Shown: positions 20,102 to 28,886 of the stretch, piece by piece
Numbering within the stretch: position 1 is the stretch's first letter
Layout of the letters: every line of letters starts with the position of its first letter
From: Acidimicrobiaceae bacterium
Lineage (GTDB): Bacteria; Actinomycetota; Acidimicrobiia; Acidimicrobiales; RAAP-2
Length of the DNA: 64,000 nucleotides
Assembly: GCA_027315315.1 (NCBI GenBank)
Contig: DAHUYG010000049.1
Location: 17,373 to 81,372, forward strand
Reading direction: 5' to 3'
Notes under the pieces: model-generated
What the model saw: only the letters and a program-made list of their open reading frames with translations
Database searches by the model: none
What the model was told of the DNA's origin: nothing
Position numbers and translations under genes: made by a program

Positions 20102-20379
20102 CGATTCGTCCTTTCCCGGCTCATGTTGTCCATGGTGCGACTATTTCTTTGTTCAAGAGAAATTTGAATTCTTAGTAGTGGTAGTAACGGCTGGGGATTG
20201 TGGATGGTCTGCCCCCGCCCCAGGCCGGGAGCCATATCGGGATTCTTGTCCCGGTGGACGAGTGTGGCATTGCCGGGGCGACCGGTGTATGGGCCGGCCG
20301 GCCCCTGGGGATAGGCCTAGGTTCTTCCACAGACGGCGGGCACTCGAACCACAGGTTTTGTCGTTCGTGTCCCCAGGGA
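20102..20379. other. candidate oriC (dnaA-dnaN spacer) with AT-rich unwinding block
   Basis: In this 278-bp spacer, 20141-20190 has 16 G+C of 50 nt (hand count) in an otherwise GC-rich genome. Degenerate DnaA boxes: TTGTCCATG 20126-20134, TGTGGATGG 20199-20207, TTCTTCCACA 20322-20331. Confidence 0.6.
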
Positions 20380-21777
20380 TCACTGGCCGGTCTTGATTTG
20401 CAGGAGGAGGTCGGTGACCTGCTCGTAGATCTGTCGCCGCTCCTTCATCTGCCCGGTGATCTTCTCAACCGCGTGGATGACGGTGGTGTGATCCCGGCCG
20501 CCGAAGACCCGGGCGATGGCCGGGTAGCTGTACTCGGTCAGGTTGCGCACGAGGTACATGGCGACCTGGCGGGCCGTCACGAGCGGCCGGGTGCGGCTGG
20601 GGCCACAGATCGCGTCGACGGTGAAGCCGTAACGGTTGGCCGTTGCGTCGAGGATCATCTGGGGTGTGATCCGCCGCGGCTCGTCGGCGGTGACGAGGTC
20701 GTAGAGGACCCGCTCGGCGAGCGGTAGCGAGATCGGCTCGTGGTTCAAGCTCGCAAACGCGGTCACCCGGATGAGGGCGCCCTCGAGCTCCCGGATGTTG
20801 TTGGTGACGTGGGTGGCGATGAACTCCAAGACGTCGTAGGGGATGTCGTCCTTGTCGGCCTCGGCCTTCGAGCGGAGGATGGCGAGCCGGGTCTCGAGGT
20901 CCGGGGGGTCGATCTCGGTGATCAGGCCGGAGAGGAACCGGCTGCGCAGCCGGTCCTCCAGGGTCTCGATGGACTTCGGCGGACGGTCCGAGGTCAGCAC
21001 GATCTGCTTTCCGGCGCCCCTCAGGTCGTTGTAGGTGTGGAAGAACTCCTCTTGGAGACCCTCCTTGTTGCCCATGAACTGGACGTCGTCGATGAGCAGG
21101 ACGTCGCATTCGCGGTATCTGCGCTTGAAGGCGATGGTGGTCGACAACCTGAGCGAGTCGACGAAGTCGTTCATGAAGGTCTCGGTGGTCACGTACAGGA
21201 CCGTGCGCTTCGGAAAGTTCTCCCGCACGTAGTTGCCGATCGCGTGCAGGAGGTGCGTCTTGCCGAGGCCCGAGTCGCCGTAGATGTACAGCGGGTTGTA
21301 CGAGCGGCCGGGGGTTTCCGCCACCGCCTGGGCCGCTGCGTGGGCGAGCCGGTTTGAGGACGCCGCCACGAAGGTGTCAAAGCTGAACCGGGGGTCGAGA
21401 CTGACCGATGAGCCGTCCCTCGGGGCCGGTGCCCCGGTGCCGTCGTCACCCCGGCCGTCGAGGGCACCGTTCAGCTCGACGGGGGCCGGTGCGGGCGGCG
21501 GGACCGGCGGCGGGACCTCGCTCAGGACCTGGAGACGCACCTTGACGCGCTGACCTGCGATCGAGGCGAGGGTCCCCTCGATCAAGGGCACGAAGCGGCT
21601 CTCCACCCGGTCGCGCACGGCGGAGTTGGGGACCCCGAGGACGAGGACCCCCTCGAGGCCGGTATCAGGGACGGCCACCGGCTCGACACCCGAGAGCCAC
21701 ATCTGCCAGGTTGCTTCCGAAACCTGTTCCCGCAGGGACGCGGTGCAACGCGTCCACAGCCCATTGGTTTGTTCCAC
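20380..21777 (-). CDS. dnaA: chromosomal replication initiator DnaA
   Basis: AAA+ motifs [16 protein letters not shown] and LLIDDVQF, and domain IV ..VAMYL.R..T..S...I...[11 protein letters not shown]. Start set at GTG 21777 (VEQTNGLW.. aligns with the canonical MENILDLW N-terminus). The listed ATG at 21825 lies inside a DnaA-box cluster. Confidence 0.95.
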   Translation of the reverse strand: MEQTNGLWTRCTASLREQVSEATWQMWLSGVEPVAVPDTGLEGVLVLGVPNSAVRDRVESRFVPLIEGTLASIAGQRVKVRLQVLSEVPPPVPPPAPAPVELNGALDGRGDDGTGAPAPRDGSSVSLDPRFSFDTFVAASSNRLAHAAAQAVAETPGRSYNPLYIYGDSGLGKTHLLHAIGNYVRENFPKRTVLYVTTETFMNDFVDSLRLSTTIAFKRRYRECDVLLIDDVQFMGNKEGLQEEFFHTYNDLRGAGKQIVLTSDRPPKSIETLEDRLRSRFLSGLITEIDPPDLETRLAILRSKAEADKDDIPYDVLEFIATHVTNNIRELEGALIRVTAFASLNHEPISLPLAERVLYDLVTADEPRRITPQMILDATANRYGFTVDAICGPSRTRPLVTARQVAMYLVRNLTEYSYPAIARVFGGRDHTTVIHAVEKITGQMKERRQIYEQVTDLLLQIKTGQ

Positions 21778-21837
21778 CTGCTCCTCCGCACCCCTCCGGG
21801 TGGGACCGTCCACAGCGTGGTCCACAGGTGTGGAACA
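21750..21837. promoter_or_regulatory. DnaA-box cluster at the dnaA 5' end / promoter
   Basis: Four 9-mers with a GTCCACA/TTCCACA core: GCGTCCACA 21750-58, CCGTCCACA 21806-14, TGGTCCACA 21818-26, and TGTGGAACA 21829-37 (rc TGTTCCACA). Three of them fall within 32 nt. Confidence 0.6.
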
Positions 21838-22023
21838 CAGGTCACCACCTGGTCGTTCGAACGTACACCGTCGCGACGGCAGCGACTAGTGGCGATCTGC
21901 GAATCGCAGCTAGCATCGAGGCGAACAACTCGCTGTCGGCGCCCGCCAGCTCCACGCCGGCCAGCGATCCCCTCCCGGGCCGCGGCGACGAGCTGTCGGC
22001 GCACCACGAAAGGCCGACCGGAA

Positions 22024-22158
22024 GTGAAGCGAACGTACCAACCCAACACCCGCAAGCGAGCCAAGACCCACGGGTTCCGCGTGCGGATGGCGACCCGGGG
22101 AGGCAGGGCGGTCCTTCGGGCCAGGCGGCTCAAGGGCCGCCGCCGCCTCTCCGTCTGA
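22024..22158 (+). CDS. rpmH: 50S ribosomal protein L34
   Basis: GTG start; (M)[43 protein letters not shown], 44 aa, embedded in listed ORF 21769..22158. Confidence 0.9.
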   Translation: MKRTYQPNTRKRAKTHGFRVRMATRGGRAVLRARRLKGRRRLSV

Positions 22159-22165
22159 GGTCGCC

Positions 22166-22513
22166 GTGAGCAACCGACCTGTCGGGCGCGTGAGCCGCCG
22201 GGACACCTTCGTCGCTCTGCGCAAGCCGGCCGGCCGCGCCGCCGTGGGGCCCCTCCGCGTCAGCTGGCTCCCCCCGGGGCCGACAGACGAGTTTCCCCAG
22301 GTCGCATACGCAATTGGAAGACGTTGCGGCAAGGCCGTCCACCGGAATCGAGTCCGTCGTCGCTTGCGCGAGGCGGTCCGGTTGCATCCTCCGGTTCCCG
22401 GGATCTACCTCGTCGCCGCCGACCCTGCGGCCGCAGACCTCGACTTTGCCGATCTGGTCTCGACAGTAGGCTCGGCCATGAGCTCGGCGGCGAGGAAGGG
22501 GCTCCGGCGATGA
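22166..22513 (+). CDS. rnpA: ribonuclease P protein component
   Basis: 115 aa directly after rpmH. F..LRK.G....GPL.V........VAYAIGRRCGKAVHRNRVRRRLREA. Confidence 0.9.
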   Translation: MSNRPVGRVSRRDTFVALRKPAGRAAVGPLRVSWLPPGPTDEFPQVAYAIGRRCGKAVHRNRVRRRLREAVRLHPPVPGIYLVAADPAAADLDFADLVSTVGSAMSSAARKGLRR

Positions 22514-22761
22514 CCGAGCGGTTCGCTCCTCGACGGCTCCTCCTGGGGTTGATCCGGATCTACCAGGGTCTTCACGCAGGGCGACCTTCGCCCTGTCGCT
22601 TCTATCCCTCGTGCTCGGTCTACGCGGCAGAGGCGATCGAGGCGCACGGCGCGCTCAACGGGACCGCCCTCGCCGTCAGGCGCCTGCTGCGGTGCCGACC
22701 CCTCGGCCCGAGCGGGATCGACCTCGTCCCGGTACGGGTTGACCAGGACCGACGCCGATGA
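22510..22761 (+). CDS. yidD: membrane protein insertion efficiency factor YidD
   Basis: LIRIYQGLHAGRPSPCRFYPSCSVYAAEAIEAHG. The ATG at 22510 overlaps the rnpA stop (ATGA). Embedded in listed ORF 22324..22761. Confidence 0.85.
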   Translation: MTERFAPRRLLLGLIRIYQGLHAGRPSPCRFYPSCSVYAAEAIEAHGALNGTALAVRRLLRCRPLGPSGIDLVPVRVDQDRRR

Positions 22762-23873
22762 TCGCCGAAAACGCGCTCTTCGCCGACCTTGGAAAGCTCT
22801 TCCACCCGCTGTTCGACGCCATCGGGTGGGCGCTCGCCGCCATCTACGGGATCATCCCGAACTACGCCGTTGCGATCGCGCTCCTCACGATCATCATCAT
22901 GCTGCTGCTGACGCCGTTGACCGTAAAGAGTCAGCGTTCGATGACGGCAATGTCCGCTATGCAGCCGGAGATCAAGAAGCTCCAGGCGAAGTACAAGGGG
23001 GCAGAGAACCGCCAGAAGCTCAACGAAGAGCTGATGGCCCTTTACAAGGAACGCGGTATAAATCCGGCAGGAAGCTGCCTGCCGATGTTCCTGCAAATGC
23101 CCTTCTTGATCCTCCTCTACGACACGATCAAAGGCCTGACGAACGTCGTCACGATCAAGACCACCCGCATCGTGAACGGTGTATCCCACACGATCACCAA
23201 ACAGGTGGTCGAACCGAGGTACATCCCGCAACAGCCGGCCCACACCAGCTCGGTGAGCCTGACCCACCATCTGTACGTCAACCTGGTCGCAGCGCACGGC
23301 CACATGTTGTCGTTCGGCATGGACCTGGCCAACAAGCCATTTGGTCACGGGCTCTCGGCCGTACAGCGGATCCCCTTCTTCGCCATGGTTGCGTTGGCGG
23401 TGGGGCTCCAATATTTCCAGATGCGGCAGATGAACGCGCGTAATACGCAGGCGGTACCGAACAAGCAGATGCAGACAATGCAAAAGGTGACGCCGATTCT
23501 GTTTGCGTACATTTACTTCTTAGTTCCCGCTGCAGTTGTCATCTATATGATCGTTTCCACGTTGATCCGGATCGGCACACAGGACGTCATGTACCGGACC
23601 GGGATGATCCAGGCTCCCGGGGCCGAGCGGTCGATCGGCGGTGCCAAGGGCGCGTTGCCCGAAGTCGCGGCGGCGGCGCTCGTGGAGGAGACCGGTCCGG
23701 CCGCGGCACAGATGCCGGCCGCGAAGACGAACGGCGCTCCGTCGCCCACACGGCGGCCTATGGCTGCCAGGAACGGGAAGACCTCGGTCAACGGATCTGG
23801 TAATACCAATGGTGCGAAGTCTAAGCCGGCGCATCCCCGCGCCCGGGGAAAGCGACCGCGAAAGGCGCGTTAG
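22758..23873 (+). CDS. yidC: membrane protein insertase YidC
   Basis: 371 aa. Motifs LT.KS..SM..M..LQPE.KKLQ.KYK and NP..GCLPM..Q.P, multiple TM helices, basic Ala/Pro-rich tail. The ATG overlaps the yidD stop. Confidence 0.9.
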   Translation: MIAENALFADLGKLFHPLFDAIGWALAAIYGIIPNYAVAIALLTIIIMLLLTPLTVKSQRSMTAMSAMQPEIKKLQAKYKGAENRQKLNEELMALYKERGINPAGSCLPMFLQMPFLILLYDTIKGLTNVVTIKTTRIVNGVSHTITKQVVEPRYIPQQPAHTSSVSLTHHLYVNLVAAHGHMLSFGMDLANKPFGHGLSAVQRIPFFAMVALAVGLQYFQMRQMNARNTQAVPNKQMQTMQKVTPILFAYIYFLVPAAVVIYMIVSTLIRIGTQDVMYRTGMIQAPGAERSIGGAKGALPEVAAAALVEETGPAAAQMPAAKTNGAPSPTRRPMAARNGKTSVNGSGNTNGAKSKPAHPRARGKRPRKAR

Positions 23874-23876
23874 TTC

Positions 23877-24818
23877 GTGGAGTGGGTTGAGATCTCGGGC
23901 GCCACGCTCGAAGAGGCAAAGGAAATTGCGTTGGAGCAGCTCGGCGTGTCCGAGGCCGACGCGGAGATCCTCGTGCTGGCCGAGCCGAAGGTCGGCCTTT
24001 TCGGCAGGACGCGGGGCGAGGCAAGGGTGCGGGCGCGCGTGCAACCGGTCGGTCCCCGTCCCAAGCGCCAACGACGACAGCGGCGCGGCGGAGGGACTGA
24101 GCAGGCCCCCGCTCGGAACGGCGAGCGTCGCAAGCCTTCGGGAACGGCGACTAGACCGGCGGAGCGGGCCCAGGCCGGTGGATCCGAGCGGAGAGGTTCG
24201 GGCAACGGGGCCGAGGGTGGCGGGCGGCGTCGTTCCCGAGGTTCGAGGGGTTCGGGCGGGCAACGGGCCGCCGCGACGAACGGGAGCCCATCCGAGGAGC
24301 GTTCGGAGGCAGTGCAAGATCGACAGGACAAGGAGGCCGACATGGCCGAGGGTGTCACGCTAGAGGAACAGGCTGAGGCCGCGAGGACCTTTATTGAGGG
24401 TTTGCTCGATGTCTATGGCTACCAGGCGAACGTGGAGACACGGGTCCTGGACGAAGACACCGTTGAAGTCGCGGCACATGGGGATGAGCTCGGCCTGCTG
24501 GTAGGCCCCCGGGGATCCACCCTGGCTGCTCTCCAGGACGTCACGCGCACGGTGGTCCAGCACCGGTTCCCGACGCGGACCGATCGGATCGTGGTCGATG
24601 TCGCCGGGTACCGACAGCGCCGGGTCGCCGCACTCCAGAGGTTCACGAAGCAGATCGCGGAGGAAGTCCTGGAGTCGGGGTCGGAGCGGTCGCTCGAACC
24701 GATGTCCCCCGCCGACCGTAAGGTCGTGCACGACACGGTGAACGAGATCGAGGGCCTTGCCACTCGCTCCGAGGGCGAGGACGCGGCTCGACACGTGGTG
24801 ATCGCGCCAGCCGGCTAG
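23877..24818 (+). CDS. jag: Jag/KhpB RNA-binding protein (Jag_N, KH, R3H) with long Arg/Gly-rich linker
   Basis: N-terminus EISGATLEEAKEIALEQLGV, KH-like LLVGPRGSTLAALQDV, and R3H-like EPMSPADRKVVHDTV. About 90 aa of RG-rich linker lies between Jag_N and KH. Confidence 0.85.
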   Translation: MEWVEISGATLEEAKEIALEQLGVSEADAEILVLAEPKVGLFGRTRGEARVRARVQPVGPRPKRQRRQRRGGGTEQAPARNGERRKPSGTATRPAERAQAGGSERRGSGNGAEGGGRRRSRGSRGSGGQRAAATNGSPSEERSEAVQDRQDKEADMAEGVTLEEQAEAARTFIEGLLDVYGYQANVETRVLDEDTVEVAAHGDELGLLVGPRGSTLAALQDVTRTVVQHRFPTRTDRIVVDVAGYRQRRVAALQRFTKQIAEEVLESGSERSLEPMSPADRKVVHDTVNEIEGLATRSEGEDAARHVVIAPAG

Positions 24819-25463
24819 GTGCAGCCTCAGCCGGCGGACGTGCCGGCAACCGTCTACGAGGTGCTTGCCGACGGACAGGCACAGGGGTTCATCGGACCCG
24901 GTTCGATCGAGCCTCACGTTCGTCACGCGCTGGGCTTTCTCGAGGCGATCGAACGCGCGCAACGCGCGCAGCCCTCAACCCTCGACAAGATCGCCGACCT
25001 TGGAAGCGGGGCCGGGCTCCCGGGCCTCATCCTGGCGGGCGTCCTCCCAGGTGTGAGTTTCACCTTCGTCGAGGGTTCGAGTCGGCGTGCCGCCTTCCTC
25101 CACGCGGCGATCGAGCATTGTGCAATGAAGCACCAGGTGACCGTGCTCGCTGAACGGGCGGAGATCGTGGGACAAGATCCAAGGTTTCGTGGCCAGTTTT
25201 CCTTCGTGGTGGCGCGTGCATTTGGGACACCGAGCACGACCGCCGAATGCGGTGCGCCTCTCCTCAGCCCCCGTGGGCAGCTTGTCGTCTCGGAGCCCCC
25301 GGCCGTGGCAGCTGAGCTTCGATGGCCGGCAGCGGGAATCGAGATGCTGGGGCTCCGGTTGGAATCCGACAGCGGCGGATATGCAGTCCTCGTGGCACAG
25401 GCGCCTTGTCCGGCCCGCTACCCACGGCGTGTTGGGGTTCCCCGAAAGCGGCCGCTGTTCTAA
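24819..25463 (+). CDS. rsmG: 16S rRNA (guanine527-N7)-methyltransferase RsmG
   Basis: 214 aa. DLGSGAGLPGLILA and VVARA motifs. Canonical position after jag. Confidence 0.9.
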   Translation: MQPQPADVPATVYEVLADGQAQGFIGPGSIEPHVRHALGFLEAIERAQRAQPSTLDKIADLGSGAGLPGLILAGVLPGVSFTFVEGSSRRAAFLHAAIEHCAMKHQVTVLAERAEIVGQDPRFRGQFSFVVARAFGTPSTTAECGAPLLSPRGQLVVSEPPAVAAELRWPAAGIEMLGLRLESDSGGYAVLVAQAPCPARYPRRVGVPRKRPLF

Positions 25464-25466
25464 TGG

Positions 25467-25482
25467 CGTTTCACGTGGAACA
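25467..25482. promoter_or_regulatory. parS centromere-like site
   Basis: CGTTTCACGTGGAACA matches the parS consensus TGTTTCACGTGAAACA at 14/16. It lies 3 nt after the rsmG stop. Confidence 0.8.
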
Positions 25483-25653
25483 TTCCCGAGGGGGGTGGGC
25501 CAGCCCAAGGGGTCGGCCGGCCCCGCGAATGTCCACAGTGGGGTGTCTCCGCGCTCCAACGACAGATCACTGAATCGGCAGAACCTCAGGGTTCACCGGA
25601 GAGGGAGTCCGTGGGTGTGGGCCCCCGATCACCCAGCGCCCTAACCTGAGGGT

Positions 25654-26086
25654 GTGGCGATTGAGCGGATGGACAATGTTGTCGTCGCCGATCTTGACGA
25701 TGCAGTCGCGCGCTTCGCTGAGCTCGGCATGGAGCTGGAGAGCAGGGCGCAGATCGAGGGCCTTTGGGCCTACCAAACCGTCGGGCTCGACGGCGTTCGG
25801 AGCGCGATCGCAATGACGCGGACCCCAGACGGCCGCAGCAAGGAGGAGTTCACCAGATACCTCACCCCCGCCGCGTCCGTCCCCGAGCCCCCGAATCCGC
25901 CGCCGAACGTGCTGGGTCTGCATCGCAAGTTCGCCCTGGATGACATTGACGACACGGTCGGTCGTCTACAGGGCCGCGGCGGCAAGCTCCTCGGCGAGGT
26001 TGCCCAGTTACGAAGGGATCTATCGGCATTGCTACTTCCGCGGTCCAGAGGGCATCATCGTCGCCCTTGGCGAACGACTCGGCTGA
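25654..26086 (+). pseudogene. VOC/glyoxalase-family protein, disrupted by a +1 frameshift near nt 26008
   Basis: Frame 1 gives ..VVADLDDAVARFAELGMELE....VGLDGVRSAIAM..TPDG.....LDDIDDTVGRLQGRGGKLLGEVAQ. The expected C-terminus YEGIYRHCYFRGPEGIIVALGERLG-stop is in frame 2 from nt 26009, with one extra T at about 26008. The listed ORF 25654..26625 is read-through junk. Confidence 0.7.
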
Positions 26087-26605
26087 AGGCCCAGGACGGG
26101 CGCGGCGCGCCTCACGAGCGGCCCGCCCGCCCGCCCGTACTGAACGGCGTCGTGCTTGGAACGATACGCCCCCTGATACCCGGCCATCGCCAACGCCGAC
26201 CGGGGGTGGGTCGTCCCCTCAGGCATCGGGCTCGCCGTGACAGGTCAAGTCCGGCGTTCTCCAACTGGGCCGGCTCCCCTGGCCCCGGCACTGGAATGGT
26301 CCCTTTGGTCGGCACTCGCTCGGGCTGCAGGGTCTCCGGGCGGATCACCCGGGCGAGGATGCGGAACGGTCGATCCGGCCCGGTCTCAACCCTCGATGCA
26401 CCGCCCTGGGGGTCAGGCGATGGCCGAGCTCGCCGAGCTGAACCGGCGAAGCCATCGCGCCGCATGTGTGGGTCCCCCGGCGTTCGGGCTCGGTTCGGCG
26501 GGGCAGGTCTGCCCCAGGCTGGCCGGCCCAACGCGAGGAAGGGATTGTGGCGCCAGAAGCGGGTCTGGGCGGCCGGCACGGCGCTGATAGCCACCTCTGC
26601 CGGAC

Positions 26606-26621
26606 CGTTTCACGTGAAACA
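26606..26621. promoter_or_regulatory. parS centromere-like site
   Basis: CGTTTCACGTGAAACA matches the parS consensus at 15/16, and the inner 14 bp form a perfect palindrome. It lies 86 nt upstream of the parA ORF. Confidence 0.85.
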
Positions 26622-26707
26622 GTGACAAATGCACCCGAAATGGCCTTGACCCGAGCCATCCATAAAGCGAGGATTGAGATCGTGCCAAGGCTGGCAGAGA
26701 TTTCCTG

Positions 26708-27997
26708 ATGCCCTTCCTGCGTCGAAACAAGAACAAGCCAGCGCCAACTCCCCCTCCGGCTCCGGATCCCGAGGTCGAGGGTCGGTTCTTCGAAGAACCC
26801 GCCGAAACCCCAAGTTCGGAGCCAGGCTCGATACCCTTCGAAGACCGAGGGCCTGGAAACGAGCCTCCCCCGGAGCACCCCGAGGTGGAGAGCGCAGGGG
26901 AAGACGGCCCCACGGAAGGTCGATCTCACACCCAGGAGCCGGAATCAGTCGCGCCGGCCAAGCACGAATTCGCGGTCCCCGAGGGGGAACCGAATGAGGA
27001 GGCGACGGTCGCGGCCTCTCGACCGGCCAACGTGGAAGGGGACATCGCCGAGGCCGAGGTGGTGGAACCAGTGGTCGAGCCTCTACCTGCTGCTGCCCCA
27101 GAGCGCTCCCCGGCCCATGCGCGCTCGACCTCGCAGGACAACTTCGCAGAACGGGCCCAGGCCGCGATGAGCAAGCTGGAGGACATCCCTTCGGCGAACG
27201 GGGTTCGCCGAAGACGCCCCCTCCCGCGGGTCGTCGCCATCGCCAATCAGAAGGGTGGTGTGGGAAAGACCACGACGACCGTGAATCTTGGCGCTGCCCT
27301 CTCGGAGCTCGACTACCGGGTTCTGGTCGTGGATCTCGATCCACAGGGCAACGCGACAAGCGGATTGGGGATCGACACCAGGAACTTCGAATCGTCGATG
27401 TACGACGTGATCATGCGGGACGCACCCATCGAAGACTGCATCGAGCCGACGAGTGTCCAGAATCTCTTCGTGACCCCCGCCACGATCGACCTTGCGGGTG
27501 TCGAGATCGAGCTGGTGAGCGCCTTCAGTCGCGAGCTCAAGCTCAAGCGGGCGATCGACACGGTCGTCGACGACTTCGACTTCGTGCTGATCGACTGTCC
27601 GCCCTCGCTTGGCCTCCTGACCATCAACGGCCTCGCGGCCGCGAGCGAGGTCCTGGTCCCGATCCAGTGCGAGTACTACGCGCTCGAAGGTCTGAGCCAA
27701 CTTCTGCGCAACGTCCAACTGGTCGCCTCGAACCTCAACACGGGACTCGAGATCAGTGCCATCGTCCTCACGATGTTCGATGCCCGAACTCGTCTGGCGA
27801 TCGACGTTGCCGACGAGGTCCGGACACACTTCAAGGACGTGGTCTGTCGCAGCATCATCCCGAGGACGGTCCGGCTCTCCGAGGCGCCCTCGTTTGGCCA
27901 ACCGATCACGGTGTTCGATCCGAGCTCCCGGGGCGCCATCGCCTATCGGGAACTGGCAAAGGAGGTGAGCGATGGCGCGCCGAAGCGGTCTGGGTAA
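26708..27997 (+). CDS. parA: chromosome partitioning ATPase ParA/Soj, possibly with ~150-aa acidic Pro/Glu-rich N-terminal extension
   Basis: Deviant Walker A IANQKGGVGKTTTTVNLG, then VLVVDLDPQGNAT. The ORF is open from ATG 26708. An alternative ATG at 27167 (MSKLEDIP..) would give a conventional ~276-aa protein. Confidence 0.9.
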   Translation: MPFLRRNKNKPAPTPPPAPDPEVEGRFFEEPAETPSSEPGSIPFEDRGPGNEPPPEHPEVESAGEDGPTEGRSHTQEPESVAPAKHEFAVPEGEPNEEATVAASRPANVEGDIAEAEVVEPVVEPLPAAAPERSPAHARSTSQDNFAERAQAAMSKLEDIPSANGVRRRRPLPRVVAIANQKGGVGKTTTTVNLGAALSELDYRVLVVDLDPQGNATSGLGIDTRNFESSMYDVIMRDAPIEDCIEPTSVQNLFVTPATIDLAGVEIELVSAFSRELKLKRAIDTVVDDFDFVLIDCPPSLGLLTINGLAAASEVLVPIQCEYYALEGLSQLLRNVQLVASNLNTGLEISAIVLTMFDARTRLAIDVADEVRTHFKDVVCRSIIPRTVRLSEAPSFGQPITVFDPSSRGAIAYRELAKEVSDGAPKRSG

Positions 27998-28886
27998 GGG
28001 TCTCGGGGCTCTCATCCCAACCGAGCTTCCGGGGCAGCCGAGGTCGGCGCTCCGTGAGGTGCCGATCGCCAACATTCGGCCGAACGCTCGCCAGCCGCGC
28101 ACCTACTTCGACGAGGAGGCGATGTCGGCGCTGGCTGCCTCGATCCGGGAATTGGGCGTGCTCCAGCCCGTACTAGTCAAGGAGCTTCCAGAGGAGCCCG
28201 ACACTTACGAGCTCATAGCGGGGGAGCGGCGGTGGCGGGCCGCCCGGCGTGCCGGGTTGCAGACCATCCCGGTGCTTGCGCAGTCCGACGCCGGCGACGT
28301 CCAGAGCCTCGAGCAGGCTTTGGTCGAGAACCTTCACCGGGAGGACCTCAACCCGCTCGAGGAGGCCGCCGCCTACCAACAGCTGATCGACGACTTCACC
28401 TTCACCCATGAGCAGGTCGCCAAGCGGGTCGGGAAGAGCCGCGCCGCCGTGACCAACACCCTGCGGCTCCTCCAGCTGCCGGCCGGGGTCCAGCGGGCGC
28501 TCGCGGACTCCACGATCAGCGCCGGGCATGCCCGGGCCCTCCTCGCCACGCCGGACCGGGCGCTCCAAGAGGCGCTCGTCACCCGAATCATCGCCGAGGG
28601 CCTGACGGTCCGGGCGGTGGAAGACGAGATCCGTGAGCTGCAAGAACGCGTATCTGCGGCCGCCAAGGCGGCTGGTATTACCGAAGGTGCTACCAAGCGC
28701 CCGGGAGCTCCGCGCCGGCTTCCCGAGCCCGGCCTCCTCGAGCTCGAGGAGCTGCTGGCGGCCTTCCTCAACACAAGGGTCAAGGTCGACATGAGGAATC
28801 GGCGGGGGAGGCTCGTGGTCGAGTTCGCCACGCTCGAGGATCTCGAGCGCATCTACCGGACGATGGTGGGCTCGACGGCCACCTGA
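27972..28886 (+). CDS. parB: chromosome partitioning protein ParB/Spo0J
   Basis: GLGKGLGALI, the ParB box QPRTYFDEEAMSALAASIRELGVLQPVLV, GERRWRAA, and HTH THEQVAKRVGKSRAAVTNTLRLL. Confidence 0.95.
   Translation: MARRSGLGKGLGALIPTELPGQPRSALREVPIANIRPNARQPRTYFDEEAMSALAASIRELGVLQPVLVKELPEEPDTYELIAGERRWRAARRAGLQTIPVLAQSDAGDVQSLEQALVENLHREDLNPLEEAAAYQQLIDDFTFTHEQVAKRVGKSRAAVTNTLRLLQLPAGVQRALADSTISAGHARALLATPDRALQEALVTRIIAEGLTVRAVEDEIRELQERVSAAAKAAGITEGATKRPGAPRRLPEPGLLELEELLAAFLNTRVKVDMRNRRGRLVVEFATLEDLERIYRTMVGSTAT

Noticed and set aside
21854-21863. Palindrome CGTTCGAACG upstream of dnaA as a LexA/SOS box
   Set aside because: The actinobacterial SOS box is TCGAAC-n4-GTTCGA. Here the half-sites are fused in the opposite order.
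26087-26625. C-terminal two-thirds of listed ORF 25654..26625
   Set aside because: It is read-through after the frameshift in the VOC gene. The product is Arg/Pro/Gly junk, and the true C-terminus is in another frame ending at 26086.
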